DNA of 64,000 bases from Ktedonobacter sp. GTDB lineage: Bacteria; Chloroflexota; Ktedonobacteria; Ktedonobacterales; Ktedonobacteraceae. Made by a program: the position numbers and the translations under genes. The notes beneath the pieces are model-generated. The model worked only from the letters and a program-made list of their open reading frames with translations. It was not told where the DNA came from and did not search any database. Shown one piece after another: positions 29,413 through 40,784 of this stretch (positions are counted from its first letter, which is position 1; the number at the start of each line of letters is the position of its first letter). Location: NCBI GenBank assembly GCA_041156125.1, contig JBEVTI010000008.1, forward strand, positions 63,659 to 127,658. Direction: 5' to 3'.

Positions 29413-29985
29413 ATGCCTACACGCATTATTATTGCCGACGACGAAACAATCCAGCGCATGGATTTAAAAGATGTCTTAACGCGCCAGGGCTACCTGGTAA
29501 TTGGTGAAGCTGGCGATGGGGTGAGTGCCGTTAACCTGGCCCGTGAACTGCGCCCGGACCTTGTGATCATGGATATTCGCATGCCTGATATGGATGGCAT
29601 TGCCGCGGCTGAAACATTGACCGAGGAGAAAATTGCTCCAGTCCTCTTGCTGACGGCCTTCGGCGATCAGCCCCTGGTGGAACGCGCCAAAGAGGCCGGC
29701 GTGGTGAACTATATCGTCAAGCCCCTTCGCGAAAGCGAGGTCACGCCAGCGATCGAAGTCGCCCTGGCTCGCTACGGCGAATTCCGCGCCCTGGAAGAGA
29801 AGACGCGCACCCTGACCGAACAACTGGAGACCCGCAAAGTGGTTGAGCGCGCTAAAGGTCTGTTGATGGACAAACAGGGCTTGAGCGAGCAAGAAGCCTT
29901 CCGCAAAATCCAGAAGGCCAGCATGAACAACCGCAAATCGATGCGCGAGGTTGCGGAAGCCATTCTATTGACCAACGAAATGTAA
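29413..29985 (+). CDS. ANTAR-domain response regulator (REC + ANTAR, AmiR/NasT-like)
   Basis: REC domain with phospho-acceptor D in LVIMDIRMPDMDG; C-terminal ANTAR helices VERAKGLLMDKQGLSEQEAFRKIQKASMNNRKSMREVAEAIL. Confidence 0.85.
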   Translation: MPTRIIIADDETIQRMDLKDVLTRQGYLVIGEAGDGVSAVNLARELRPDLVIMDIRMPDMDGIAAAETLTEEKIAPVLLLTAFGDQPLVERAKEAGVVNYIVKPLRESEVTPAIEVALARYGEFRALEEKTRTLTEQLETRKVVERAKGLLMDKQGLSEQEAFRKIQKASMNNRKSMREVAEAILLTNEM

Positions 29986-30113
29986 TTGAAATGTAATTGA
30001 TAAAGGAAAAGGAAGTCGAGGGTTGTGAACAGCGTGGCCACCTGACCATGGCCACATCATTCCCGGCCCACAAACAACTCCCTTCTCCTGGGGTCTAGCA
30101 AGGATCGACACCT

Positions 30114-31115
30114 ATGTCTCTAGCCATGAGTGCGGAGAACAGTGTAACCATCGTGGGCATTCGATTTCGCCCTGCCGGACGTATCTATTACTTTGATCCT
30201 CAAGCAATGCTCTATACCACGGGCCAGTACGTCATAGTAGAAACTGTACGCGGCGTGGAGGCCGGGCGCGTGGTAATTGCCGCCAAAAAAGTTGTGGAAA
30301 GCGACCTCAGCGATCCACTTAAACCAGTTGTGCGCGTGGCCACTGAGGACGAATTACGCATGATGCTCTCGTTTAAAAGTAAAGAGAAAGATGCTCTGGT
30401 TCAATGCGCGCATCATGTCGGACAGCACAAACTTCCTATGAAGCTAGTAGAGGCGGAGTATACTTTCGATGGGAGTCGTTTGACCTTTTATTTCACCGCC
30501 GACGAACGCGTTGACTTTCGCGCCCTGGTGCGCGACCTGGCTGCGACCTTCCGCACACGCATTGAACTGCGCCAGATTGGTGCGCGTGACCAGGCAAAAT
30601 TGCAAAGTGGGGTCGGACCCTGCGGGAAAACGCTGTGTTGTAGCTCGTGGATCAATGACTTTGGCGTGGTCTCTATCAAGATGGCCAAAGAGCAAGATCT
30701 ACCACTCAACCCGGCTAAAATCTCTGGAGTCTGCGGTCGTTTGCTCTGCTGTCTCTCGTATGAAAACGACAATTATATCCAGGCCAAACAGCATATGCCG
30801 CAGGTGGGCACCTTTCTGGATACCCCCAGCGGGTCCGGCAAGGTTGTCTCTGTGAATGTGCCGCGCTCTTCTGTTGAGGTCATGCTGGAAAGTGGCGCAA
30901 CTGTTCAGGTACCAATCGCTCAGGCAGCGCTCGCAAGCGGATGTAGTTCGTGCAACTCGCGGGGAAGTTGCTGTAGTAGCAGCAATGAGACCAGCAGCAC
31001 GGGCTCAGCATGCAGCACATGTGGTTCTGGCGGTGGGTGTAGTACCTGTGGCACGGGTGGCGGATGTGGAACAAAACGCAAAACAACTCCTCGGACTGAA
31101 AAAACTGTAGATTAG
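30114..31115 (+). CDS. PSP1 C-terminal domain protein (YaaT/RicT-like), Cys/Gly/Ser-rich tail
   Basis: VTIVGIRFRPAGRIYYFDP ... GPCGKTLCCSSWINDFGVVSIKMAKEQDLPLNP...CGRLLCCLSYE PSP1 signature. Confidence 0.8.
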   Translation: MSLAMSAENSVTIVGIRFRPAGRIYYFDPQAMLYTTGQYVIVETVRGVEAGRVVIAAKKVVESDLSDPLKPVVRVATEDELRMMLSFKSKEKDALVQCAHHVGQHKLPMKLVEAEYTFDGSRLTFYFTADERVDFRALVRDLAATFRTRIELRQIGARDQAKLQSGVGPCGKTLCCSSWINDFGVVSIKMAKEQDLPLNPAKISGVCGRLLCCLSYENDNYIQAKQHMPQVGTFLDTPSGSGKVVSVNVPRSSVEVMLESGATVQVPIAQAALASGCSSCNSRGSCCSSSNETSSTGSACSTCGSGGGCSTCGTGGGCGTKRKTTPRTEKTVD

Positions 31116-31235
31116 TCAGGAAAAGTGCTCTTCCTTTTATCGGGTGTAGTCTGAGCCTGGCACATCCTATAACAGGCGCAAGTACTGTAAAAACAGAGGG
31201 TTCGCGACCTGGCCGCGAACACGAGAGGAGGGCTT

Positions 31236-32765
31236 ATGCCGTCAGATCAGGAAGAAAATCGCGCGGTATCGCAACATACTAACATACCAGAATGGCCAGT
31301 GCCAGTGGCACAGGTTCCGTCAATTGTTGATATTTTACCCGCTGACAATAAAGAATTCTCAGATGGCGAATTCAGTATGGATCAATTCGCGGCTGATCAA
31401 CTGGCAGATGAGGCAATCAACACAGATGACCTCGTTACGCCAGATACTGAGAGCGATCTCCTCCAATGGTCCAGCCCTCCCCCTCTGGTCAGCAAAGAAG
31501 CTCTCAGCACGTTCTGGCGCCAATCCATACCTTTTTCTGTGCCGCTGCTCTCAGGCCTACTCGTTTTTGTCGCGACGCTGCCCGTGACTCTGCAAGCATT
31601 ACCCACTCGTCCTCTTTCTGTGTTGCTGATGGCTATTATGCTGCTTGTTCTCATGGTTATTGAGGGTACACTGCTTTATTTCGCGGGTTCAAACGATACG
31701 CTTATGGCGCTGTATGTCGTCGGTGGCTCGGTGCTATTTATCGTTGCGGGTGTTTACATCGCTTTCAGCTTTGTGGCTGCGTTGCTTGTCTTTGGTGGCC
31801 TGCTGATCATTGGTTTGCTGCTTGCCAAACGCAGCGTTCACAATACCAACCTTGGGCACGTCGATATCGTGACCTCATTCGGTAAATACTCGCAAACCCT
31901 TGAGCCAGGCCTGAACCTGCTGCTACCCTGGGAGCATGTGGTATATAGTTTGAATATCCAGGAAGATACCTGGACTACCCCCAGAATGGAGATACCGACC
32001 TCACGTGAGCAGAAGGTGGAATTAGCCGCCACCATCTCCTATCAGTTGATGCCGGAAGATGCCTACCTGGCGGCTACCAGCGTCAAAGATTGGGAAGGTA
32101 GCCTGAAAAATCTCTTTCGTGGCACTGTACAGAGCGTCGTTAATGAACTGACGCTGGCCGATTTTGTCACCTGGACGCAGAGCATCTATACACGCTCAGT
32201 TAATAGTGACGCCAATTCATTCAATCCTGCTTCCGCCACGCGCTGGGATCGCATCAACAATACTCTGGCCCGGCGTATGCAGGACGAGGTCGCGGCCTGG
32301 GGAGTGCAAATCAACTGGGTGCGCATCGAGGATCTGACTCCACTGCCCAGCGTAAGCGGGGGCAACATTCCGCGTCTCAATGGCGGAAATACAACACATA
32401 TTATGAAACATGAAGAGGTGCTTGCCGCGACCCCTGGCGCAGTGCAGCAACTCTCAAAGACAGAGACCCTGCCTATGCCTGTGGAAGCGGCCAGCCCCAA
32501 ACCCGCGCCAGCCGCTCTTCCCACCACACCTAAAGCGCAACCAGCCGGTAAACCACCCAGAGTTGAAACACTGATCGATACCTATAGCGCTGTACGCGAG
32601 GGCAAGATTAGTGATCCAGCACTCATTCTGGCTCTCGCGGAACACTTCGATACGTTGGCAAATGATCGGGTCGCCAACAAAACTATCGATTTCGACGCCG
32701 GGCGCGCGGCTGCTACACTGCGCCTGCGAGCCCAGAGGCTGCAGGAAATAGCGAGCACCGAATAG
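31236..32765 (+). CDS. SPFH/band-7 domain membrane protein with long N- and C-terminal extensions
   Basis: Two TM helices followed by SPFH-like core (HVDIVTSFGKYSQTLEPGLNLLLPWEHVV...). Confidence 0.65.
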   Translation: MPSDQEENRAVSQHTNIPEWPVPVAQVPSIVDILPADNKEFSDGEFSMDQFAADQLADEAINTDDLVTPDTESDLLQWSSPPPLVSKEALSTFWRQSIPFSVPLLSGLLVFVATLPVTLQALPTRPLSVLLMAIMLLVLMVIEGTLLYFAGSNDTLMALYVVGGSVLFIVAGVYIAFSFVAALLVFGGLLIIGLLLAKRSVHNTNLGHVDIVTSFGKYSQTLEPGLNLLLPWEHVVYSLNIQEDTWTTPRMEIPTSREQKVELAATISYQLMPEDAYLAATSVKDWEGSLKNLFRGTVQSVVNELTLADFVTWTQSIYTRSVNSDANSFNPASATRWDRINNTLARRMQDEVAAWGVQINWVRIEDLTPLPSVSGGNIPRLNGGNTTHIMKHEEVLAATPGAVQQLSKTETLPMPVEAASPKPAPAALPTTPKAQPAGKPPRVETLIDTYSAVREGKISDPALILALAEHFDTLANDRVANKTIDFDAGRAAATLRLRAQRLQEIASTE

Positions 32766-32837
32766 CGCAGGCAGACATAGAGAGGCGGGAGAGTGATGAG
32801 CGCGGTTGTACTCATCACTCTCCCGCCTCTCCATAGG

Positions 32838-34610
32838 CTAGCCGATGCGCTCAATGGTCTGGCCGATAGTATAGACTTCATTCTCCATGGCAGTGATGCC
32901 GATCAGGGCTGTATTGGTACGATTCTGCTCGGCGCGCACAAAACGCGTGTACGGCGCGATCGCATCCTGCAAGCGTGTCGTCGAGTTATTAAGTTCTTTG
33001 TGGAACTGGTCCGACATGGCCTGATGCAAGCGTGTACGCAATTCATCCATCTTTGCGTTAAATTCGCGCTTGGCTCGCGTGCGTTTGGCGGGAATGATAT
33101 AAAAGCCTACTCCCAGCAGCAGAATACCGGTCAGGACGCCCGTAATATCGAGCGCGGCAATCGTTGTCGCCGCGACCACTGCCGCGCCCAGACCAATTCC
33201 ACCGACGCTGACAAGCCCTGCCTGCACGACTGAGACACGCAGACTTTGCGATAACTCGGCTGCCTCGACTTCCCGGTCGTAAGTGCGCAGAATGTTCTCG
33301 GCGCCACGCGCGACCTCTTGCAGCAGGGTGCGCCGACTATGGTCAAAACGTCGATCAACTGAACCAATCATTTCACTTTCCCGGCGCGCGCTGACCTCCC
33401 TGCGCTTATCCAGGTATTCCATGATGTCCTGCCAGAAGCGCTGCTCCTGTTCTACCATCCAGTCAATCAACTGCTGTATGGTCTGATCTATGAGTTTCTC
33501 GCTATCCCCAATGACTTTCTCATGAAATTCGTTTTTGACGCGCTCAGGGTGCAGCAGATCAAAGACACGCCCCAGGCGAATGGTGTCGTCAAAAAAGCGG
33601 TCTCCGCGCTCGCGCATCTCCAGAATAAGCTTCTCGATTTCGTTAAGACGGTAAGCAAAATTGCGCTCCATATCCTCGCGGTAGAGTTGCTGCTGATTCT
33701 CAATCGCCTTGAGTGTACGCGCGTCTTCCTCCAACAAAGCGGCGCGCCGAGTTACCACATCGCGTGTCTCTCCCAGCAGGCGTCGCATCACTCCCAGCGG
33801 CGTACTCAGCTTGAGGCGAACGCGCTCGGTCTCGTCAAGGGTCTCAAAAAGATAGTGCTCAAACGCCTCAAAGCCGCTCTGCTTCCATAAAGTACTGACC
33901 TCCGCCTCTCCCGCGCTCGGTTGCTGAGACTGCTGAGCCTTGTGGGCGGAGACTGGAAAGATCTGTGGCGTAAAACCCAGGAGTTCTTTGCATTTATCGC
34001 GCACAAAGTCCAGCACCTCCTGTAACTCCTGGGGACCTGGCAGGAGATCGATCTTATTGACGACTATTACGATTTTTTTGCCCCACAGGCGCATGCGCTC
34101 CAGAAAGGCGCGCTCACTTTCGGTAAACGGACGATCCGCCGAGGCAATAAACAGCACAAGGTCGCTGCGTGGGATAAATTCCTCGGTGAGCCGCTCGTGC
34201 TCGCGTAGTACTGCATTTACACCCGGCGTATCCACAATCGTGATATCGCGCAAGAAATCCGCCGGGTAGCGCACATCTGCCATCCCCTGCTCGTTGATCT
34301 GCTGTTGCGCTTCCGTGCCGTAGCGCAGGAGCGTGATGACCTGAGTTGTGGGTATGACTCCCTCTTTTAAGACAGAGGCGCGTAGCAGGGCGTTAATGGC
34401 CGCTGACTTACCAGCATTAAATTCGCCGACAATGACCAGCAAGAACAACTCGTCAAGAGCGGTCATCACCTGGCTCAAGGTTACAACATGGGTAGGATCG
34501 ATCTCGGCAAACTGGACAAGGCTGGTTTGCAACTGGTTGACCAGCCTGCGCTCCTGGCTCAGTAATGCTCGCTGCTGTTCTTGCAGGATAGAACCTGTCG
34601 TCATAGCCAT
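32838..34610 (-). CDS. dynamin-family GTPase (bacterial dynamin-like protein)
   Basis: G1 GEFNAGKSAAINALL, G2 T, G3 DTPG, G4 NKID; C-terminal hydrophobic paddle GLVSVGGIGLGAAVVAATTIAALDITGVLTGILLLGVGFYIIP. Confidence 0.8.
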   Translation of the reverse strand: MAMTTGSILQEQQRALLSQERRLVNQLQTSLVQFAEIDPTHVVTLSQVMTALDELFLLVIVGEFNAGKSAAINALLRASVLKEGVIPTTQVITLLRYGTEAQQQINEQGMADVRYPADFLRDITIVDTPGVNAVLREHERLTEEFIPRSDLVLFIASADRPFTESERAFLERMRLWGKKIVIVVNKIDLLPGPQELQEVLDFVRDKCKELLGFTPQIFPVSAHKAQQSQQPSAGEAEVSTLWKQSGFEAFEHYLFETLDETERVRLKLSTPLGVMRRLLGETRDVVTRRAALLEEDARTLKAIENQQQLYREDMERNFAYRLNEIEKLILEMRERGDRFFDDTIRLGRVFDLLHPERVKNEFHEKVIGDSEKLIDQTIQQLIDWMVEQEQRFWQDIMEYLDKRREVSARRESEMIGSVDRRFDHSRRTLLQEVARGAENILRTYDREVEAAELSQSLRVSVVQAGLVSVGGIGLGAAVVAATTIAALDITGVLTGILLLGVGFYIIPAKRTRAKREFNAKMDELRTRLHQAMSDQFHKELNNSTTRLQDAIAPYTRFVRAEQNRTNTALIGITAMENEVYTIGQTIERIG

Positions 34611-35171
34611 GCTTTCGCAGCCTCCCTTCTACAAAAAACAGAAAATTCGCAAGTAGCTGCTTATATTTCTATATTACTCTGTGTAGAAACTCATCTTTGC
34701 TAAAAGTCCAGTGAGGTCACAATCTGTAACTGTCTTTGTCTGCCATAAGATGAGAATTATTGACCGTTTGTTGCGTATTATAATACATAACTCGTCGCAA
34801 ACGGTCTGATTAGTAGAGATCTCGGTAACTCTTCTTTCTCTCAGTCATCATGTTTGCTTTTTCTTTAGACAACAAAGGTGATCTATGGATCATTCATTAC
34901 ACGCGCTTTCACCTGGCACAGGTTCAGCATCATTGCCGGCAAGCATGACGCTGGCTTTTCAGCGCCTGGTGAACTTCGCCGCCCTGCGTGCTCTGGGTGC
35001 TTCACCTCTCCAGATCGTCATTCCTACTGTGCTCTGGATCGCGCTGAGAAGGCTGATTGTACTTTGTTTTCTCGCCCTGGTCATGATGGTGCGCATCGTC
35101 TGACGCCCCTCTATTGCCCAGGTGCTACGTTTAAATGCAGACTGATAGGAGTCCTGAATGGAGAAAGAAGT

Positions 35172-36119
35172 ATGGCGGAACAATTGATTATCTGTGATAA
35201 TCTCGTCAAAATTTACAAAGTGGCAGATCTGGAGGTGGTGGCCCTGCAGGGTCTGGATCTAGAGGTGATGCCGGGCGAAATGCTCGCCATTGTTGGCGCT
35301 TCCGGCTCAGGCAAGAGCACGTTAATGAACATCCTGGGTGGCCTGGACATCCCTAGCGCCGGTAAATGTATTGTTGGAGGGCATGAGCTAACGCGCCTGA
35401 GCGAGGCGTAGCGCATTCGCTATCGCCGTTTCGAGGTGGGCCATGTCTGGCAGCAAAGTGGACGCAATTTGTTTCCTGAGCTAAGCATTGCCGTGAATGT
35501 CGAGGAACCTCAGATGCTGCGCGGGGCCAGTTTTAAGCACAGACGGCAACACGCGCGCCAGTTGCTAGCACTGGTCGGCCTGGCCGGTAAAGAGAAGAAG
35601 CGGCCCACGCAACTCTCCGGTGGCGAGCAGCAACGCGCCTCGATCGCGGTCGCCCTGGCCAATCAGCCGCGTATCCTGCTCGCTGATGAACCAACTGGTG
35701 AACTTGACTCGCTAACGGCGGGTGAGATTATGCAATTGTTGCGTACTCTCAATCGCGATCTCGGCCTGACGATCCTGATCGTGACGCACGATGCTACAGT
35801 TGCAGCCGAAGTGGACCGCACGATCGCTATTCGCGATGGGCGCACGAGTACTGAGACAATACGCCGCGCGACTCCGCTAGAGGAAAAACACGCCCAGACG
35901 CAGGCCAGCAGCGCTATTATCGGCCTTTCCACCCAGACCCATCGCGAGTCCATTCTCATTGATCGCGTAGGTCGCTTGCAATTGCCCAAGGAAGCACTTG
36001 AAGAGTATCCCTTCCACGGACGCGCCGAGGTGCGCTTCGCCGAGGGACATATCCAGCTCTGGCCTCTGAGCGGCAGGACAGTAGAGGCCGAGGGGAATGA
36101 ACCCGAGTCTACACCTTAA
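35172..36119 (+). pseudogene. ABC transporter ATP-binding protein (MacB/LolD-like) interrupted by an in-frame TAG at 35409-35411
   Basis: Walker [11 protein letters not shown] in 34878-frame ORF, Q-loop/signature LSGGEQQRASIA, Walker B ILLADEPTGELD and H-loop VTHD in 35436 ORF; both ORFs in the same frame separated only by TAG (..LTRLSEA*RIRYRRFEVGHV..). Confidence 0.6.
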
Positions 36120-36145
36120 CTACATATTTAAGAAGGGCAGCGCTT

Positions 36146-38885
36146 ATGGCTTCGTCAGTACAAACACAGCCCCCATCCGCGGGGCAAACGCTTTTACCGC
36201 CTACATTGATGCTGGCTGGACAGCGAGCACGCAAAACCTGGAGTTTGCTCTTGTTGATCGAGCTTGGCTTGCTAGGCGCAGTGCTGCTAGCCTGCGTCGT
36301 GCCATTATACACCAATATTACCCTGACCGCTGCGCTGCGCACGATGTTAAATGGACAGGATTCCGCGCTCGTTGTGAGCACTACGCCTCGTTTGCTCTCA
36401 GCGTCGATCATTGCCCAGGCGGGACAGATGCTCAATAAAGAGATAACGCGCACACTGGGCACTGATGTGGACGTGATGCAGTTTGCTATTCACACTCAGC
36501 AGTTACCGCTTTTATCCGCCGGTCCTCATGGCTCTTTACAAGCAGTCCCGGCGGACATGAACCTGGTTAGCGCGGACTTAAAGCAGGCTACTGCCCATCT
36601 CAAGCTAGTCGCGGGCCACCTGCCAGATCCCGCCAATCCAGAGCTTGAAGTCGCGCTTACGCCCACGACCGCCCAGGCGCTGCATGTCAATATTGGTGAT
36701 ACGCTGTATATGCACGTTGACTTTACCGATGTCTATACAACTATCTATTCACAGATTCTGAAACTGCATCTGAGCGGCCTGTTTACGCCTGACGCGAATG
36801 ACGCTTCATTCTGGCATGGCAATGATTTCGCGCCATCATATCAACAAGGGACACATTTTTATGCTTTGATGCCTGATGAAACCCTGCTTAATACATTCAC
36901 CAGTTTTTCTAATGCCGCAGGCACACAGCATCACGTCTTTGCCTCTCCACCCACCGTGCTATGGTATTATCACTTTAATTCAGCACATCTAACCATTAAC
37001 GACCTGAATGCATTTTTCTCCGGCATTCAGCAGGTGCAGTTTGACAACGCCAATAACTCCAATCTGCAACAAGATCCTTATCTTCTGCAGACTCAGACCT
37101 TTCTCTCTTTGCCAGATACGCTTAATGGGCTGGTCCAGCGGGCTACGGTGATTGCTGGCAGATGTTTGCGGGACGCGATCAGGGCGCGCTGAACAGCTTT
37201 ATTGAAGATCCTGTAGGGATAGCGCAGCTTGCCGGTCCTTATGCTCTGCTGGCTATCGCGGTCGCGTTAATCACGCTGGTCGTGTCCATCTGGACAGCCG
37301 CCAGGCGCGATATTGTCTCACTACGCCAGTCCAGCGCTCGTTCGACACAGCGTCCGCTCTGGCAGCGCCTGCGCCTGGATGTTATAGCCGCAGTCATAGC
37401 ACTGGTGGGCTTTGGTGCCTCGCTCTACCTGCTCAACTCAAACACGCTGGATAGCCAGCTCTACTTAATGCTTCTCTCGCCGCTAGCCCTACTTCAAACC
37501 CTCTTTCTCTTGCTGGCCGCGCTATTGATCTTCTTCCGCTTCTATCCACAGATCATGCGCTTTGGCACATGGCTGGCAGAACGCCGGCGCGGCGCGCCTC
37601 CCATCCTGGCGCTGGCCCAGATTGCTCGCGCGCCGCGCCAGCCAATCAACATGACCATGTTGCTCGCCCTGACCAGCGCTTTCGCAATCTTCTCGCTGGT
37701 CTTTACCGCCTCGCAGACGCAGCGCGTCCAGGATGTGGCCAGCTACCAGGTCGGCGCGGACTTCAGCGGCGCTATCCCCACTCCCAGCTTCTCTGCGCGA
37801 GATTTACAGGGCATGACGCAACGCTATAATCAGTTGCCGGGCGTGCTTGCCAGTTCAGCAGGCTTTATACACCAGGCCCAGGCTACGGCTGGCCTTCATC
37901 TCTCCATCGCTTTCCAGGCCATCGATAGCAGCACCTTTGCCGCAGCCGCCACCTGGTCCGCGCAGGACAGTCAACAGTCACTCGCCAGCCTGACACAGCA
38001 GCTCCAGCAGCAGAGCAGCGTGGCCGATCCGCAAGGAGCCATTCCGGCCATCGTTGATGCCAATACCTGGAACACCTTGCGCAGGGCGCGATTTTTATCC
38101 TGCAATTCCCAGATATCAAGCTCGACCGTTCATTCACTTTGCGAGTGCTTGGCGAGGTGCAACATATGCCTACTTCTAGCAATAGCGCGCTACCTGGCGT
38201 GCTTGTGGACTACACTGCCTTTGCCCATGCTTACGCAAACGGTATCACACTGAGCGGCACAGGTATCGCGCTCAATTATGTCTGGCTACATACACGCACT
38301 GACGCGCATTCCCTGGCCACTATACGCGCTCTGCTGAGTACTGGCGATCTGCGCCTGGCGCCTCTCTACGATCGCAGTGCCATTGAGGCCGCGCTCTACG
38401 CCGACCCGGTCTACCTGGCGCTGAGTGGAGAACTGGAGTTGGGCGCGTTTACAGCTCTATTTCTGGCATTGCTCGGCTGTCTTGTGGCTTCCTGGCAAAG
38501 CGCGCGCGCCCGCCTGAGCAACTTTGCCACCCTGCGCGCCCTTGGTGCCACTCCGCGCCAGGTTACAGGCACCCTGGCCTGGGAACAGGCCATCATCTAT
38601 ACCACGGCGCTTCTGCTGGGTATTCTCATTGGTTCTCTGTTAGCCGCGCTCAGTCTGCCCTCGCTCGTGCTAACCAGCGTTCTGCCCAGCCAGCTCAGCG
38701 GCAGCATTAGCAACGCCAGCTTCTACGCCGCGCCGTTCATTCCACCACTGCAAATCGCCATCCCCCTCTCGCTCTGGCTGATCCTGGCTGCTCTACTTCT
38801 CAGCTGTCTGCTTGCACTTAGCCTGATGGTCACAAAAATCGCGCGCTCCTCGCTCAGTCTGGTGCTCAGGTTGAGCGAAGATTAG
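36146..38885 (+). pseudogene. FtsX-family ABC permease (double FtsX/MacB-like) split across three reading frames
   Basis: ORFs 36146..37192, 37162..38253 and 38139..38885 each carry FtsX-like TM/ECD segments, lie in frames 2, 1 and 0, and overlap by 31 and 115 nt, implying at least two frameshifts. Confidence 0.5.
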
Positions 38886-39290
38886 CCAGTTCACACAGGA
38901 AACGACTATGCTAACTACCCATGACCCCTTTATAGGGGACGTAAAAACCGATAAAAGCCGAAGAGGCAGTCACTGTAGAACAGCCGCTAACGCCGCCTAT
39001 CACCTTGCGCCCACCTGTTTCCGAAGAGGAGAGAAACAAGGTCATTGAAGCTTATACCCAGGGCATTCCCCGGCGCGAAATCTGTGCCTACCTTCGCTGG
39101 GGAGCCGCGAAATACACCCCTCTAGCACAAACCCGCCAAGCCTTCTCATATGATAAGATAGGCTGACAGAAAACCAGCACCGTCTAAAAAAGAGCAAGAT
39201 ATGATAAACGAGTATCAGATGCAATATTTCAATTTCTGCTCTTTTTTGTCGGAATGGGAGTAGCCCTGATACAATACAACGAGGTGGATT

Positions 39291-40754
39291 ATGCCTTATC
39301 AGATGTGGATTAACGGCGCGTACACAGCAAGCAGTTCAGGCAAGGTCATTGAAGTACAGAACCCTGCATCGGAAGAGATCATTGATACTGCACCAGCGGC
39401 CAACGCCGCCGATGTTGAGCGCGCGGTAACGGCGGCTCAGACTGCTTTCCCTGCATGGAAACGAATTCCAGCTGGTGAGAAGGCAGAAATGTTACATGAA
39501 GTTGCCAGAAAATTGACTGAGCGTACTGAAGAAATCGCGCGTCTCTTGACCCTGGAAGGCGGCAAGCCACTGGTCGAAAATAGGGATGAGATGGGCTGGT
39601 CGGCTGCCTGTTTCCGCTATTATGCGGAACTTGGTAGAAATTCTCGCGGCAGGGTTGTCCCATCCATCGAAGAAAGTCAATTGGCGATGGTGCTGAAAGA
39701 GCCGTATGGGGTGGTCGGCGTGATTGTTCCCTGGAACTATCCTATTTTGCTGATGGCCTGGAAGGTAGCACCGGCTCTGGCCGCAGGCAATACGGTAGTA
39801 CTTAAACCTTCAGAAATGACACCCCTCTCAACACTGCTCTTTGCTGAAATATTTGAGCACCTACCGCCTGGAGTGGTGAATATTATTAGCGGCTACGGCG
39901 CGGATTGTGGCGAGCCTCTAGTGCTTGATCCTCGTGTGCGGGTGATCGCTTTTACAGGCTCGCTAGCAACGGGACAACGCATCGCACAGCTAGCCGCGCC
40001 TATGATGAAAAAATTGCACCTGGAACTAGGTGGAAAAGATGCTTTTGTCGTAGCTGAGGATGCTAACCTGGACGTTGCTGTTCCCGGTGTGGCCTGGGCC
40101 AGCCTGCTTAATACAGGTCAAGTATGTACTTCAACGGAACGTGTATATGTTCACGAGTCTATCGCGCCCGAATTTATTGAGCGCATTGTAGCCTATACTC
40201 GCGCACTCCGCCTTGGGCCTGGAATGGAAGCCACAACAGATTTAGGCCCGCTGATTGGCGAACGCTATAGAGCAAAGGTCGAAGCTCAGATCGCAGAGGC
40301 GCGGAGTCAAGGGGCGCGTATTCTCACTGGCGGGCAGCGTCCTCCCCAATTTGAGCGCGGCTACTTCTATGAGCCAACTGTTATAACGCATGTTTCCCAC
40401 TCCATGCCGATTATGCGTGAAGAAACCTTTGGCCCAACCATTCCAATTATGACCTATCGTGATTTCAGTTCAGCAATCGAAATGGCAAATGACAGCGATT
40501 TTGGTCTTGGTGCCAACCTCTATACCTATGATCCCCTGAAAGCCAAACGCTTCTTTGAGGAGGTTCAGGCAGGTACCCTCTGGATTAACGATCCCCTGAC
40601 GGATAACGATGCAGCTCCCTTTGGTGGCTTTAAGTTCAGTGGCGGCAGCCGCGAACTAGGCGAAGAGGGTCTGGAAGAGTTCCGCGCAACCAAACACGTT
40701 CACTGGGACTTTGAAGGTGGCCCGAAGTCCTGGTGGTATCCCTACGGGAAATAA
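39291..40754 (+). CDS. NAD(P)-dependent aldehyde dehydrogenase
   Basis: ELGGKDAFVV and catalytic Cys in GQVCTSTERVYVHE; PWNYP and GNTVVLKPSE motifs. Confidence 0.85.
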   Translation: MPYQMWINGAYTASSSGKVIEVQNPASEEIIDTAPAANAADVERAVTAAQTAFPAWKRIPAGEKAEMLHEVARKLTERTEEIARLLTLEGGKPLVENRDEMGWSAACFRYYAELGRNSRGRVVPSIEESQLAMVLKEPYGVVGVIVPWNYPILLMAWKVAPALAAGNTVVLKPSEMTPLSTLLFAEIFEHLPPGVVNIISGYGADCGEPLVLDPRVRVIAFTGSLATGQRIAQLAAPMMKKLHLELGGKDAFVVAEDANLDVAVPGVAWASLLNTGQVCTSTERVYVHESIAPEFIERIVAYTRALRLGPGMEATTDLGPLIGERYRAKVEAQIAEARSQGARILTGGQRPPQFERGYFYEPTVITHVSHSMPIMREETFGPTIPIMTYRDFSSAIEMANDSDFGLGANLYTYDPLKAKRFFEEVQAGTLWINDPLTDNDAAPFGGFKFSGGSRELGEEGLEEFRATKHVHWDFEGGPKSWWYPYGK

Positions 40755-40784
40755 CGCCGGTTACTCAAGTGAGTATCTCTAAAA

